From contig NC_068981.1 of assembly GCF_001194135.2 (NCBI RefSeq), positions 40,126,853-40,168,620 of the forward strand: a DNA stretch of 41,768 nt, read 5' to 3'. Position 1 is the stretch's first letter; every line of letters begins with the position of its first letter. The translations under genes and the position numbers were made by a program. The notes below the pieces were generated by a model, which had not been told where the DNA came from, made no database searches, and worked only from the letters and a program-made list of their open reading frames with translations. Positions 24,004 through 35,030 of this stretch are shown piece by piece. This DNA is from Octopus bimaculoides (lineage: Eukaryota).

Positions 24004-24700
24004 TTTATAAATGAGGCATTATATTATCCCACGGAAGTCTTTTCTATGGTTGGTATTGGAGACTGTTTTAGCAATAACGTCATTTCACTGTTGAATGCAG
24101 AAACAGGACTTTTGGTGGCAGCTGCTGGTTTCGTGTGTAATATCTTCCACAGAAACGAGACATATTGGATATTTCCAGTTGTACCTTTGTGATTTAAGAG
24201 TTCCATTGTGCTTCTTAAGGAGTTCACTGTAGACCTGGCGTCCATTGTTCTCTTCACATGTGAGCAATTCGTTGTATTTTGCAACAGTTGTTTATCAGAT
24301 GCTGCCTAAGTGATGATATGTGGCACTTAGAGGTTGTCAATACGTTTATCCTAAGCTACTTTCTTCCCTTGTTCTTCTGAGATAGAGTCTATCAATAGCA
24401 TAGTTTTTGTGGGAGCTTGCCGTTGATGTAAGTATCTTGTGTAATTTAATATTCATGGAGCGAACTTTCTATGTATACTTGTCAAGTATCGTATATGGTG
24501 GTATTAATACAGATACTGCAATTTCATTGTGAAGTGTCATTACCGTTGTAAGAGGGAAAATCAGATTGCCAGATTGTCATCATATTTTTGTTTTTTGTTT
24601 TTTTTTTCACTTTCAGGGATATAATTTTCTTTGGTCATTCTGTCTTTGTTCAGAGCACCGTGATATCTTTTCAGCTATAAGTTAGCTTTTTGTAACACTT
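23630..24700 (-). mobile_element. R4/Dong-like LINE remnant 2 (RT thumb region, CCHC knuckle, REL endonuclease, C-terminus)
   Basis: Minus-strand translation gives GALNKDRMTKE, TIWQSD, HNEIAVSVLIP, KILTSTASSHKNYAIDRLYL (DRLYL at 24379-24393), KYPICLVSVEDITHETSSC (24119-24175), NDVIAKTV, IIEVSCPTDVNI (IEVSCPTDVNI at 23851-23883) and IPIAIGAL (23744-23767). It is homologous to the 7050-8375 copy and is interrupted by (TATG)n near 23975-24001. Confidence 0.88.
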
Positions 24701-24929
24701 ATCGTGTGGTACAAGGAAGATAGAGATTAAGTATTTATGGATGGATGGAGGTTTTATTTTCCAATTTTTCATCAATAAGGATCCTATTTCTAGTCCTTTC
24801 AGGATAATTGAAGCAACGTCTACAAGGTCATGTATACGTGTATGTATAAATGTTTTCTTTTACTGTAATTGATTTAAAGTAACTAGGTTTTGAAGGAAAG
24901 CATCTTGTTTTGTTCATCATCCTTTACAT

Positions 24930-25185
24930 CTTAAGAAAATGTCCCATGTGTCGTGATCGTTCGTAGCGTATGAATTAAGGAGTTGCATTCTTTCTGCAAG
25001 AACCCAGATTCAGACATACTTTGTTCCATATATGTTGGTGTGTAACATCTTGTCCAATATTAATAGGTATAAAACATCTTGAGTACTGGAGTTGCAAACT
25101 CCTCAACAACGGTACGTAAATGTTTTCCTTCTCCTGTATTTTTCTGAACACTCTGGTGATCATAAAGCAGTTGATTTTCACATCA
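24930..25185 (-). mobile_element. R4/Dong-like LINE remnant 3 (REL C-terminal segment only)
   Basis: ORF 24975-25181 contains KIQEKENIYVPLLRSLQLQY..FIPINIG, collinear with KIKEKEDNCVQLFRNLQLLY..FI of copy 1. After a frameshift it continues ..KECNSLIHTL. Confidence 0.75.
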
Positions 25186-25595
25186 GAGCATATATAAGCA
25201 ATTACGTACGCATACGTATGTTGTATGTATGTATGTATGTATGTATGTATATTTGTACGGATGTATATACGTATCTATGTATGCATATGCACACGTGTGG
25301 AATGCTTGCAAGTATGAATGTAATTGATTGTATTTGTGGAACCCGCATGTTCTGGCTTATGCATATATACACGTATACATATGTTTGTAACACTACTGGT
25401 GTAATGAGCACTAATTACAGGCTAAATTTTCATAGTTCCATTAATCGCTGGTAATTGTAATTTTTCATAATTAATGGTTTCGTTCATGTTTTCTGAAGCC
25501 CGGATTTTCAAGACTAGTAGTGAGGCTACCTACATATCTCAGTTTTCCAATATATACATGTATGAACGTTTCTATGTAATATATANNNNNNNNNN

Positions 25596-25637
<42 letters not shown>

Positions 25638-25907
25638 GTATATGGGGTCGATGTGTCTGCAGATTTCATATTAGAGATGCATATATGTTTTCTTTATCAG
25701 TTTTCGTTAACATAGGGTTAACATCTGCTCCGCAGCTGCATTCCACTGCTGTGCGCATTTAGCATGCATGCGCATATGTAAGCTTGCGCGTATGCACTTA
25801 TGCATGAATGAATGGATGGATGGATGGATGTATATTTGTATTTAACATGCGACGTATATACAATAAACATTCACGCAAATACACACAATCATAGAGGCAC
25901 ACTAATG

Positions 25908-25944
<37 letters not shown>

Positions 25945-26407
25945 ATGTTGGTATAGAGTGATTTGCATAGATGTATGTGTATGTGCTTGTGTATGGTTGT
26001 ACATACTATACATGTATGCATAAATATACGTGTTTTTTCTTCTTTTCACCACCCTCACTCCTTTTTTTTGTGATGAAGGATCAATGACCAAAACGTAAGA
26101 CGCCCTTTTCCTCTCATTTTACGTGTTATAATAATAACACTTTTGGTATCACGTGTTCCTTTCTTGCTTGTGGTGCACACACACATGCGAACCTACATAC
26201 ACTCCCATGCACGTATACACGCTCACCCACATAGATATGAAGAAATATTTATATATTATATGTATACATACTTATATATATATATATGTCTGTATATGTT
26301 TGTGTTTGTGTGCGTGCGTGTGTATTTGTAATTACACACAATAATAGCAGAAAGTTGTATATTATTGACAAAGTCACTGAACCGAATGCCACAGACTTAT
26401 ATATATA

Positions 26408-26897
26408 CTAGCAGTATAGCCCGGCTTTGCCCGGGATTAAGTTAGGATTATTAAGTTAATCAAGTTCTTTATTTCAAACCAAACTAAGTAACATCGACGT
26501 CAAATTTGAGCGAAATCCGTTGAAATTGATAAACTTTTGGCTCAAAATGAGTTGCAGACAATTTGATTGGGAAATCTAATAAGGAATCGGTTTATCGATT
26601 TTTTCCACGCACCTATTTTTTTTCTTTTTTCGTTTTCGGAGAATTTAAAGCATTCAAAGATTCCTAAGTAATGCTGGCATCAAGTTTGAAGGAAATACAT
26701 CAAAATTGGTAAAATTATGGTGAAAAATGGGGTATAGCCAATTTTATTGGGAAATCCTATCAGGAATCGATTTATCGAATTTTTTATCCTTATTAGATGG
26801 AAAAGTCCATAAGGAATCAGTTTATTGATTTTTCACCCAAAATAGGACTTAACCAAACAAACATTGCTGATTCAAAAACATCTATATTTATACTTTA
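26408..26897 (-). mobile_element. Non-autonomous Helitron-like element
   Basis: The minus-strand 3' end is CCCGG-gcaaag-CCGGG-ctatactg-CTAG followed by T (CTAG at 26408-26411, hairpin at 26420-26435), the classic Helitron terminus. Internal sub-repeats are present. The 5' TC end was not cleanly identified, so the right boundary is approximate. Confidence 0.7.
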
Positions 26898-27380
26898 AAG
26901 TTGGTTTTCACACCCAACCCAGTTCTGCAGAATCAGTGTCGCGATGGGAAGGCATGGGTTGGAAGTTTAATCAGCAGAGGTGATCAGATTGCACATGCCA
27001 GCCCTTTGAAAACATAACCCCCATCATCTAACCCCTCTTTGTCCATGGGTTGGGAACCCTTCCAGCAAGGAGAATAGAATGCCCAAAAGGGCTCCCGATC
27101 CTCTGTGTCCAAAGCGGTTATGTTCAGATCACAACTAAGTCTTAAGTATATATGGGCAACACACACACACACATACACACACGTACGTACGTACACCTAT
27201 TGCATACATGTTTTTTGTACGCATGCATGTCCGTGTGTGTGCGTGTGTGCATGTGTATATGTGACTGAAGCGATTCACACATACATGCATACATACATAC
27301 ATACATAACAACATCCTCTCTCTCACTTTTTGTCTGTCAATCACTCACTGAAAAAGGAAATTTAAAAAATCTCTTATCTA

Positions 27381-27446
<66 letters not shown>

Positions 27447-28403
27447 NNNNNNNNNNNNNNNNNNNNNNNNNNNNNNNNNNNNNNNNNNNNNNNNNNNNNN
27501 NNNNNNNNNNNNNNNNNNNNNNNNNNNNNNNNNNNNNNNNNNNNNNNNNNNNNNNNNNNNNNNNNNNNNNNNNNNNNNNNNNNNNNNNNNNNNNNNNNNN
27601 NNNNNNNNNNNNNNNNNNNNNNNNNNNNNNNNNNNNNNNNNNNNNNNNNNNNNNNNNNNNNNNNNNNNNNNNNNNNNNNNNNNNNNNNNNNNNNNNNNNN
27701 NNNNNNNNNNNNNNNNNNNNNNNNNNNNNNNNNNNNNNNNNNNNNNNNNNNNNNNNNNNNNNNNNNNNNNNNNNNNNNNNNNNNNNNNNNNNNNNNNNNN
27801 NNNNNNNNNNNNNNNNNNNNNNNNNNNNNNNNNNNNNNNNNNNNNNNNNNNNNNNNNNNNNNNNNNNNNNNNNNNNNNNNNNNNNNNNNNNNNNNNNNNN
27901 NNNNNNNNNNNNNNNNNNNNNNNNNNNNNNNNNNNNNNNNNNNNNNNNNNNNNNNNNNNNNNNNNNNNNNNNNNNNNNNNNNNNNNNNNNNNNNNNNNNN
28001 NNNNNNNNNNNNNNNNNNNNNNNNNNNNNNNNNNNNNNNNNNNNNNNNNNNNNNNNNNNNNNNNNNNNNNNNNNNNNNNNNNNNNNNNNNNNNNNNNNNN
28101 NNNNNNNNNNNNNNNNNNNNNNNNNNNNNNNNNNNNNNNNNNNNNNNNNNNNNNNNNNNNNNNNNNNNNNNNNNNNNNNNNNNNNNNNNNNNNNNNNNNN
28201 NNNNNNNNNNNNNNNNNNNNNNNNNNNNNNNNNNNNNNNNNNNNNNNNNNNNNNNNNNNNNNNNNNNNNNNNNNNNNNNNNNNNNNNNNNNNNNNNNNNN
28301 NNNNNNNNNNNNNNNTGTGGATGTGCATAAATTACATTCACGTACACACACACACATATCTTGCCTTTTATATATATATATATACAGATAAGTGTGTTTG
28401 TGT

Positions 28404-28440
<37 letters not shown>

Positions 28441-28487
28441 CGTGCGTGTGTGTGTGTGCGTGTGTGAGTGCGTGTGCGCGTGCGTGT

Positions 28488-28777
28488 GACTCTCCTGTCG
28501 GAGACGACGAATGAGCGTTCAGCTTTTGCCGAACGACCTGCACAAATGATTTGTTTATAGCGATCAAATGTTCGTGCTGCACATGAGCTCACTCGCTTCA
28601 TCCTATCAACATTGTTTAAACAGGAACACTGCGTACCACGTGTTAGGTGTCGAAGTGAACGCAGAGCAACGTGAGATAAAGTGTTTTGCTCATGAACACA
28701 ACGCACCAACCGGTATAGGAATTGAAATCACGATCGCTAGATCGTGTGTGCAACACCGCTAAACCATGCACCCTCAC
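28488..28777 (-). mobile_element. SINE family C, apparently full length
   Basis: The minus strand reads gtgagggtgcatggtttagcggtgttgcacacacgatc..gatttcaattcct (tRNA-like head with degenerate A/B boxes), then gcgttgtgttcatgagcaaaacact, then a unique body ending gacaggagagtc beside a CA/CG-rich repeat. Confidence 0.75.
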
Positions 28778-28848
28778 TATATATATATATTTCCTTTTGG
28801 GATTTGATTTGGAAGACTCTTTATGTGAGTTCATGTGTTGAAGCATAT

Positions 28849-29067
28849 ACTGTTGTGTCTGGGGATAGTCATTCTCTTTTAGTGCCTTATAATTTAACAC
28901 TCACCGGTAAAATTTCCACTTATTTCTTTTATTTTTCTAAAATTTTCGTTGTTTCTTGCAACCTTTACAATAGTTTTGACTCTGTCCGTTATTCACACTG
29001 CGTTCCTTTTTGTTTGTTTGTGCGCATGTGTGTGGGTTAGTGTGTGCATGTGTGTGTGTACATATGC

Positions 29068-29100
<33 letters not shown>

Positions 29101-30569
29101 TGTATGCATGCATGTGTGTATGCATATATTTATGCATGTGTGTACATTTGTATGTATATATTCTGCATATCTGCATATTCATGTGTTTTCATGTCCGTGT
29201 TTGTGTGTTTTTATGTATGTGTGCGAGTGTGTGTGTGTGTGTTTGTGTATGTGTGTGTGTACCTCTGTCTCCTTATCTGCGCATGTCTCAGTGTGTGCGT
29301 GTGTATGTGTGTGTGTGTGTTTTGCAACTAAATACCGTGTTTGTATGTATGGATNNNNNNNNNNNNNNNNNNNNNNNNNNNNNNNNNNNNNNNNNNNNNN
29401 NNNNNNNNNNNNNNNNNNNNNNNNNNNNNNNNNNNNNNNNNNNNNNNNNNNNNNNNNNNNNNNNNNNNNNNNNNNNNNNNNNNNNNNNNNNNNNNNNNNN
29501 NNNNNNNNNNNNNNNNNNNNNNNNNNNNNNNNNNNNNNNNNNNNNNNNNNNNNNNNNNNNNNNNNNNNNNNNNNNNNNNNNNNNNNNNNNNNNNNNNNNN
29601 NNNNNNNNNNNNNNNNNNNNNNNNNNNNNNNNNNNNNNNNNNNNNNNNNNNNNNNNNNNNNNNNNNNNNNNNNNNNNNNNNNNNNNNNNNNNNNNNNNNN
29701 NNNNNNNNNNNNNNNNNNNNNNNNNNNNNNNNNNNNNNNNNNNNNNNNNNNNNNNNNNNNNNNNNNNNNNNNNNNNNNNNNNNNNNNNNNNNNNNNNNNN
29801 NNNNNNNNNNNNNNNNNNNNNNNNNNNNNNNNNNNNNNNNNNNNNNNNNNNNNNNNNNNNTGGGTAAGTTTCATTTATGAGGTCGTAATCCTGTATTTGT
29901 CTAAGTGTTGGGTCCTCTTGCACATGTATTTAAGCATATGGATATGAAAGTAAACAGATCAACATACAGACGGATAGGTACATAGGTTATATGAACAGAC
30001 AAGCACACATACGCACATACACAAATGAAGACTGAAACACATGACCATATATACACACCCCCTTTACTTCACACAAGGACACATATGGAGATACACGTCC
30101 ACACATATGGAGATACACATCCATACATACAAACACGGTACATAGTTGCAAAACACACACATATACATAAATACATACACTCAAGGCATGCACACACAAG
30201 GAGACAGATGAACACACACATATACAAACATACACACACACACACACACACATACATAAGAACACACAAACACGGACACGCAAACACATGAATATGCAGA
30301 ATACATACATATAATTGTACACACACACCATACATAAATACATGCATACACATACATGCATGCATACATACATACATGCATATGCACACACACACACTAA
30401 CTCACACGCATGCGCACTAACAAACAAAAAGGTACACAGTGTGAATAACGGACGGAGTCAAAACTATTGAAAAGTTTGGAAGACGCAACGAAAATTTTAG
30501 AAAAATAAAGAAGGTGAGTGTTAAATTATCAGACAGTAAAAGAGAATGACTCTCCCCAGACACAACAGT
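28849..30569. repeat. Inverted duplication: arm A 28849-29354 and arm B 30119-30569
   Basis: actgttgtgtctgggga.agtcattctctttta..ataatttaacactcacc..tttctaaaattttcgttg..caatagttttgactc.gtccgttattcacactg..ttttgcaacta..taccgtgtttgtatgtatggat is present on opposite strands. There are multiple substitutions and an indel of about 20 bp. Confidence 0.9.
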
Positions 30570-30984
30570 NNNNNNNNNNCATACTGGTAAAAAGGGATAA
30601 ACATCCCTCTGTTGTACATCCATTAATGTGATATCGCCTGAAGAAATGAATCCATGAAGATGATCAACCCGATGCCCTCAGATACTACGAACTACACTGT
30701 AATCATCCCAGGAATACGGACTGTCATCTTAAGAGACATGTGATTTGCGAAAACGCGCAATATATAATCTAATTATGGCCAGTTCATTCGCCTTTGATGA
30801 ACTTTGCAGAATATATATGTATATATATCGAAATCGCTTGTATTCAACGATATGCTTATTGAATACTCATATAAAGATATCAAGTACATTCACATTAATC
30901 ATGGCAACTCTCATTTTTTCGTAAGACTGCGATATTCAGTTGTTTCCGTGAGTAAATCTTCGAGAAAGAATGAGAGAATATGCG

Positions 30985-30986
30985 TA

Positions 30987-31076
<90 letters not shown>

Positions 31077-31110
31077 GTGTTGTGTGTTTGTGTGTTTGTG
31101 TATTTGTGCG
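30985..31110. repeat. Long (TG)n microsatellite
   Basis: Read directly. Confidence 0.95.
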
Positions 31111-31823
31111 TATGAGACAGAGAAAGCGTGATAGATAGATGGAGAGAGAAAGAGAGAGAAGAGAAAGCGCAAGTGGTACAGAACAAGAAACGAATATGAA
31201 TGAGAGAAAATGGTGTAGATAATGACAGAGACTTTGGAAAAATAGTACAGGATGATATTGACTATAAAGTAGTGTATGATGTTAATAAATTCAATTTGTC
31301 TCATATTTCTCTATTAATGCTTCTTTACGTATACAATGATTTCTATAATCTGATTGTTTGATCACACTAACATTTTGAACTGTAACTGTTAGTAATGAAA
31401 CAGAAGTTACAAATTCACTGGTTAAGTTGTAATTTGATTTCCCCCACCTCAACCGCGAACGAACATTTGTGTCCAAGCTTTCGTTTTTCTTCTATTTTTG
31501 AAGTTTCCAGCTTATGACTATCATTGAAACCACTAAACTTGTAATTCTAACTGAATTTTAACAGTATGAAATTAACTAATTATACCTCTAGAGTACACGA
31601 GCCAGTATAAAAGAATAGAATCTCCACATGATCATTCGAATTGCTACAAATAACAGCGATATCTCCCCCAAGTTATACTTTAATGTCATAATAAAGAGGA
31701 CTCATTAAATAATTTAGTCTCGTATATCATTTGATCATTAATCTTCAGCAATCGGGATTGAATTGGGGCTGAACGTCAACAAGAATCTTCCTCTTGTTCC
31801 CGCTCTCTCTCCCACCCTCTTTC

Positions 31824-31884
<61 letters not shown>

Positions 31885-32660
31885 TCTTCTTCTTCTTCTT
31901 CTTCTGACACGTACACATGCACATTTTTTTTGTCACATGTGTACTCTCATTCACGTACTTTATCACAATACAACTTCGTTTCTCGTGCTCCGTTTCTCAT
32001 GTCTGCAAGGAAAGCGAGCAACTAATGTGGAAGGCCCTATATTTAGTTGCTGACATGCTTGATATAGTAACCAATTCTCTCTCATATCATATTCCACCGT
32101 ATTTAAAGAAAAAGTTGGGATCCATTGAATAACATATGTATTGTCAAAACAAAAATAAGCTAGATCAATTTTTAAACGTCTTTACCTAAAAACAAATGAA
32201 AAAACTTGATAACCCACCAATTCGAGTCGTAATTAAAACTATTTACGCGTAACTTGATTTAAACATTAAAAATTTTCTTACACAATTCTATTTAAAAGAA
32301 TACCAAATGTACACTTCTTGGTATTTTAAATATTACATAAAGCTTTTAATTATACAGAACAATTCAAAACTACCCTGTTCATCCATTTTGTATATTTTAA
32401 TCACGTTCATCTTAACAAAGATATTGGCCCTTAAGTATAAAAGACGAAGTATCATTTTGTTTATTTCTTCATGAAATTCCATGTGCATCTTTGTAAAATA
32501 TATTTTCGTCCTAGGCACGTTATATCTAAACAAATGTCAAGAATATCATTAGTCACAGCGTCGCTTATTCACCTAGGGACAGATAACAACCACATCTAGT
32601 TATTTCATAATATCTGGTGTTCAATAGAAATACCTCTATGTATTAATAATGTCTTTTATC

Positions 32661-32900
32661 TTTTATTTGTTTCAGTCATTGGACCGCGGCCGGGCTGGGG
32701 CACCGTCTCAATGGCTTTAGTGGAGCAAATCGACCCCAAGACATATTTTTTTAAAGTCTGATATTTATCCTATGGTTCTCTTTTGTCGAACCACTAATTT
32801 ACGAAAACGTAAACAAACCAATACTGGCTGTCAACTGGTGGCATACACAAGACAAACAGTCGCACACACATCCACACACACACACACACGATACATACAT

Positions 32901-32958
<58 letters not shown>

Positions 32959-33070
32959 TATTTGGCTACTACTAAGCATTGGTCGGCCCAAGGCTATAAA
33001 AGATGCTTGCCCATGTGGAATGAAACCGCACAATTGTAAAGTAGGCTTCTTAAACACACAGTCATGCTCA
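32661..33070 (-). mobile_element. SINE family B, diverged full-length copy with linker expanded into (CA)n and (GATA)n
   Basis: It aligns to 7417-7811 at both ends (tttgtttcagtcattggaccgcggcc..gtcgaaccactaa and ttggtcggcccaaggctata..cttgccca..acacacagtcatgc). Confidence 0.8.
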
Positions 33071-33543
33071 TATCTTTATGTGTGTGTAGTTTGTGATTAT
33101 GTACTTTTGTGTATTTTCATTTTCAGTTCATAATTACGTTAATTTCGAACATTCCAAAAAAATACAGTTTAGGCAGAGAGTAGAGCATTTAATTTAACTA
33201 CCCAAATGAAAATGAAAGCCAAATTCTAGAATCAGAACAATATTTTTCAACTGTTAAAATATAGTATTCTTTGTTCATACGACACAGATTTCACTCCACG
33301 AAAATTCTTCTCTTGAACCGCTGTCTATCTTTATAAACGAACAACGTACACTTAAAATCCCTTATTCCTGAAAAATATCTGTTGAATAATAAATAATAAA
33401 CTGACTCTCAATTTATTTTAAAAATTAATTTCCTATCCATTGATGTTGTTTTGTTTTCAGAAGTGGAATCAAATGCAAGAATGCGCGATAGTTCGACAGA
33501 ATCAGACAAAATACATTTTGTTATTTAGCTATAACAATTTATG

Positions 33544-33641
33544 TTACGCTCTCAAATCCCACCGAGGTCAACGATGTCTTTCGTCCTCCGAGGTCGTTGA
33601 AATAAATTATCAGTCAAATTCTGAGTTCGATTTAATCTACT
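33544..33641 (+). mobile_element. SINE family A central fragment
   Basis: tcaaatcccaccgaggtcaac..tctttcgtcctccgaggtcg..aaataaattatcagt..ctgagttcgatttaatctact is collinear with 10988-11078. Confidence 0.65.
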
Positions 33642-33729
33642 GATACGGATGTTATACACACTTCTTCAAATATTGAACAGCACTTCCTTGTATTGCTTGC
33701 AGCTTAAGGTTGTTTAGTGACAATAACAT

Positions 33730-33944
33730 GAATTTCAAATTTTAGCACAAGGTCAGCAATTTAGGGGGAATAGGTAAGCCGACTACATTGAGCCGCACTG
33801 TTCAACTGGTACTTATTTTACCGACCCCCGCAAGGAAGAAAGGCAAAGTCGAACTCTGTGGAATTACAACTCAGAACGTGAAGACGGACGAAATGCTGCT
33901 AAGCATATTTGACTGCGTAGTAACGATTCTGCCAACTCGCCGTC
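33730..33944 (-). mobile_element. SINE family A full-length diverged copy
   Basis: The reverse complement reads gacggcgagttggcagaatcgttac..atgcttagcagcatttcgtccgtcttcacgttctgagttgtaattcc..gttcgactttgcctttc..ggggtcggtaaaataagtaccagtt. The tail is the same type as in the 17951 copy. Confidence 0.85.
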
Positions 33945-34648
33945 GAAATATATATTGATAGGGAATTTCTACTGAACTCCTATAACTGACGTGTTATACA
34001 TTCTGAATGTCACTGTACACGACGCAGAGTCGACAGGAGGAAACAAACACTTGTGTAGATATAATCAACGATACTACTCCCCAAAGCATGTGACCTTGCG
34101 CTTGATTTAGAAAGCAATAACGTGCTATTTTGCTTTTTATTACATTAAGATGATATTAAATATAGGTTTCTTTCGTTTGAATAAATACTGTGATAACTCG
34201 ATTGAAGTATATCGATAACGTCACATGATTCTATTTTTAATCATATTTGATTCAAATAATTATTTGTCACTGAAAATGATTTTATAAAATCAATAATTGC
34301 AGTATTCATTTTGGTATTCTGAAAGTGTCTCCAGAAACATTTTTATACCAATAGATTTTCCTAAACTTACATTATTATCGTACTGGTTCACATAGTTTAG
34401 TAACAATTCAGTTTACGGGCTTTTGCTGAATTAAGAGTTTTGTATATTTATAATATTTATAATAATTAGTTTTCTGTATCTAGTTGTAATATTTATATCT
34501 TAACCAAAATAAACTACAAAATTTTTGCATCAATTTATTCATTTACTTTCTAAATTCAAGCACAATCTCCAACTATATTACAACTGTTATTTTAGGTATA
34601 TCCACACTGCATTTTCATGAAGCATTCGGTATCAATAGAAGGAAAGCA

Positions 34649-34825
<177 letters not shown>

Positions 34826-34826
<1 letters not shown>

Positions 34827-35030
34827 GTCGCTTAGCTTCAATTGAGCCTTGATCGAACAGGCGTATGATGAAAGGCGTACAAACTGTGATTATTCCGTAT
34901 TTAAGTTATAATGTATCCAGGATTCCATTATCCTGAACATGCATATCCATTTTTCTCTACTCTTTTTAAAAGATTCAAATGTATTCAAGACAAATTCTAT
35001 TGCCAGTTTTAGCAGGTCGAACAGCCACGA
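34826..35030 (-). mobile_element. Interspersed repeat family D, longest copy in the window
   Basis: cttagcttcaattgagccttgatcgaacaggcgtatgatgaaaggc..tatccaggattccattatcc..ttttagcaggtcgaac is collinear with 18298-18430 and 21420-21570. Confidence 0.55.

Noticed and set aside
30650-30772. C-type-lectin-like peptide (QPD..C..DC-x7-CE)
   Set aside because: There is an in-frame TGA immediately upstream, no acceptor, no WND motif, and the Cys spacing is too short, so it is probably chance.
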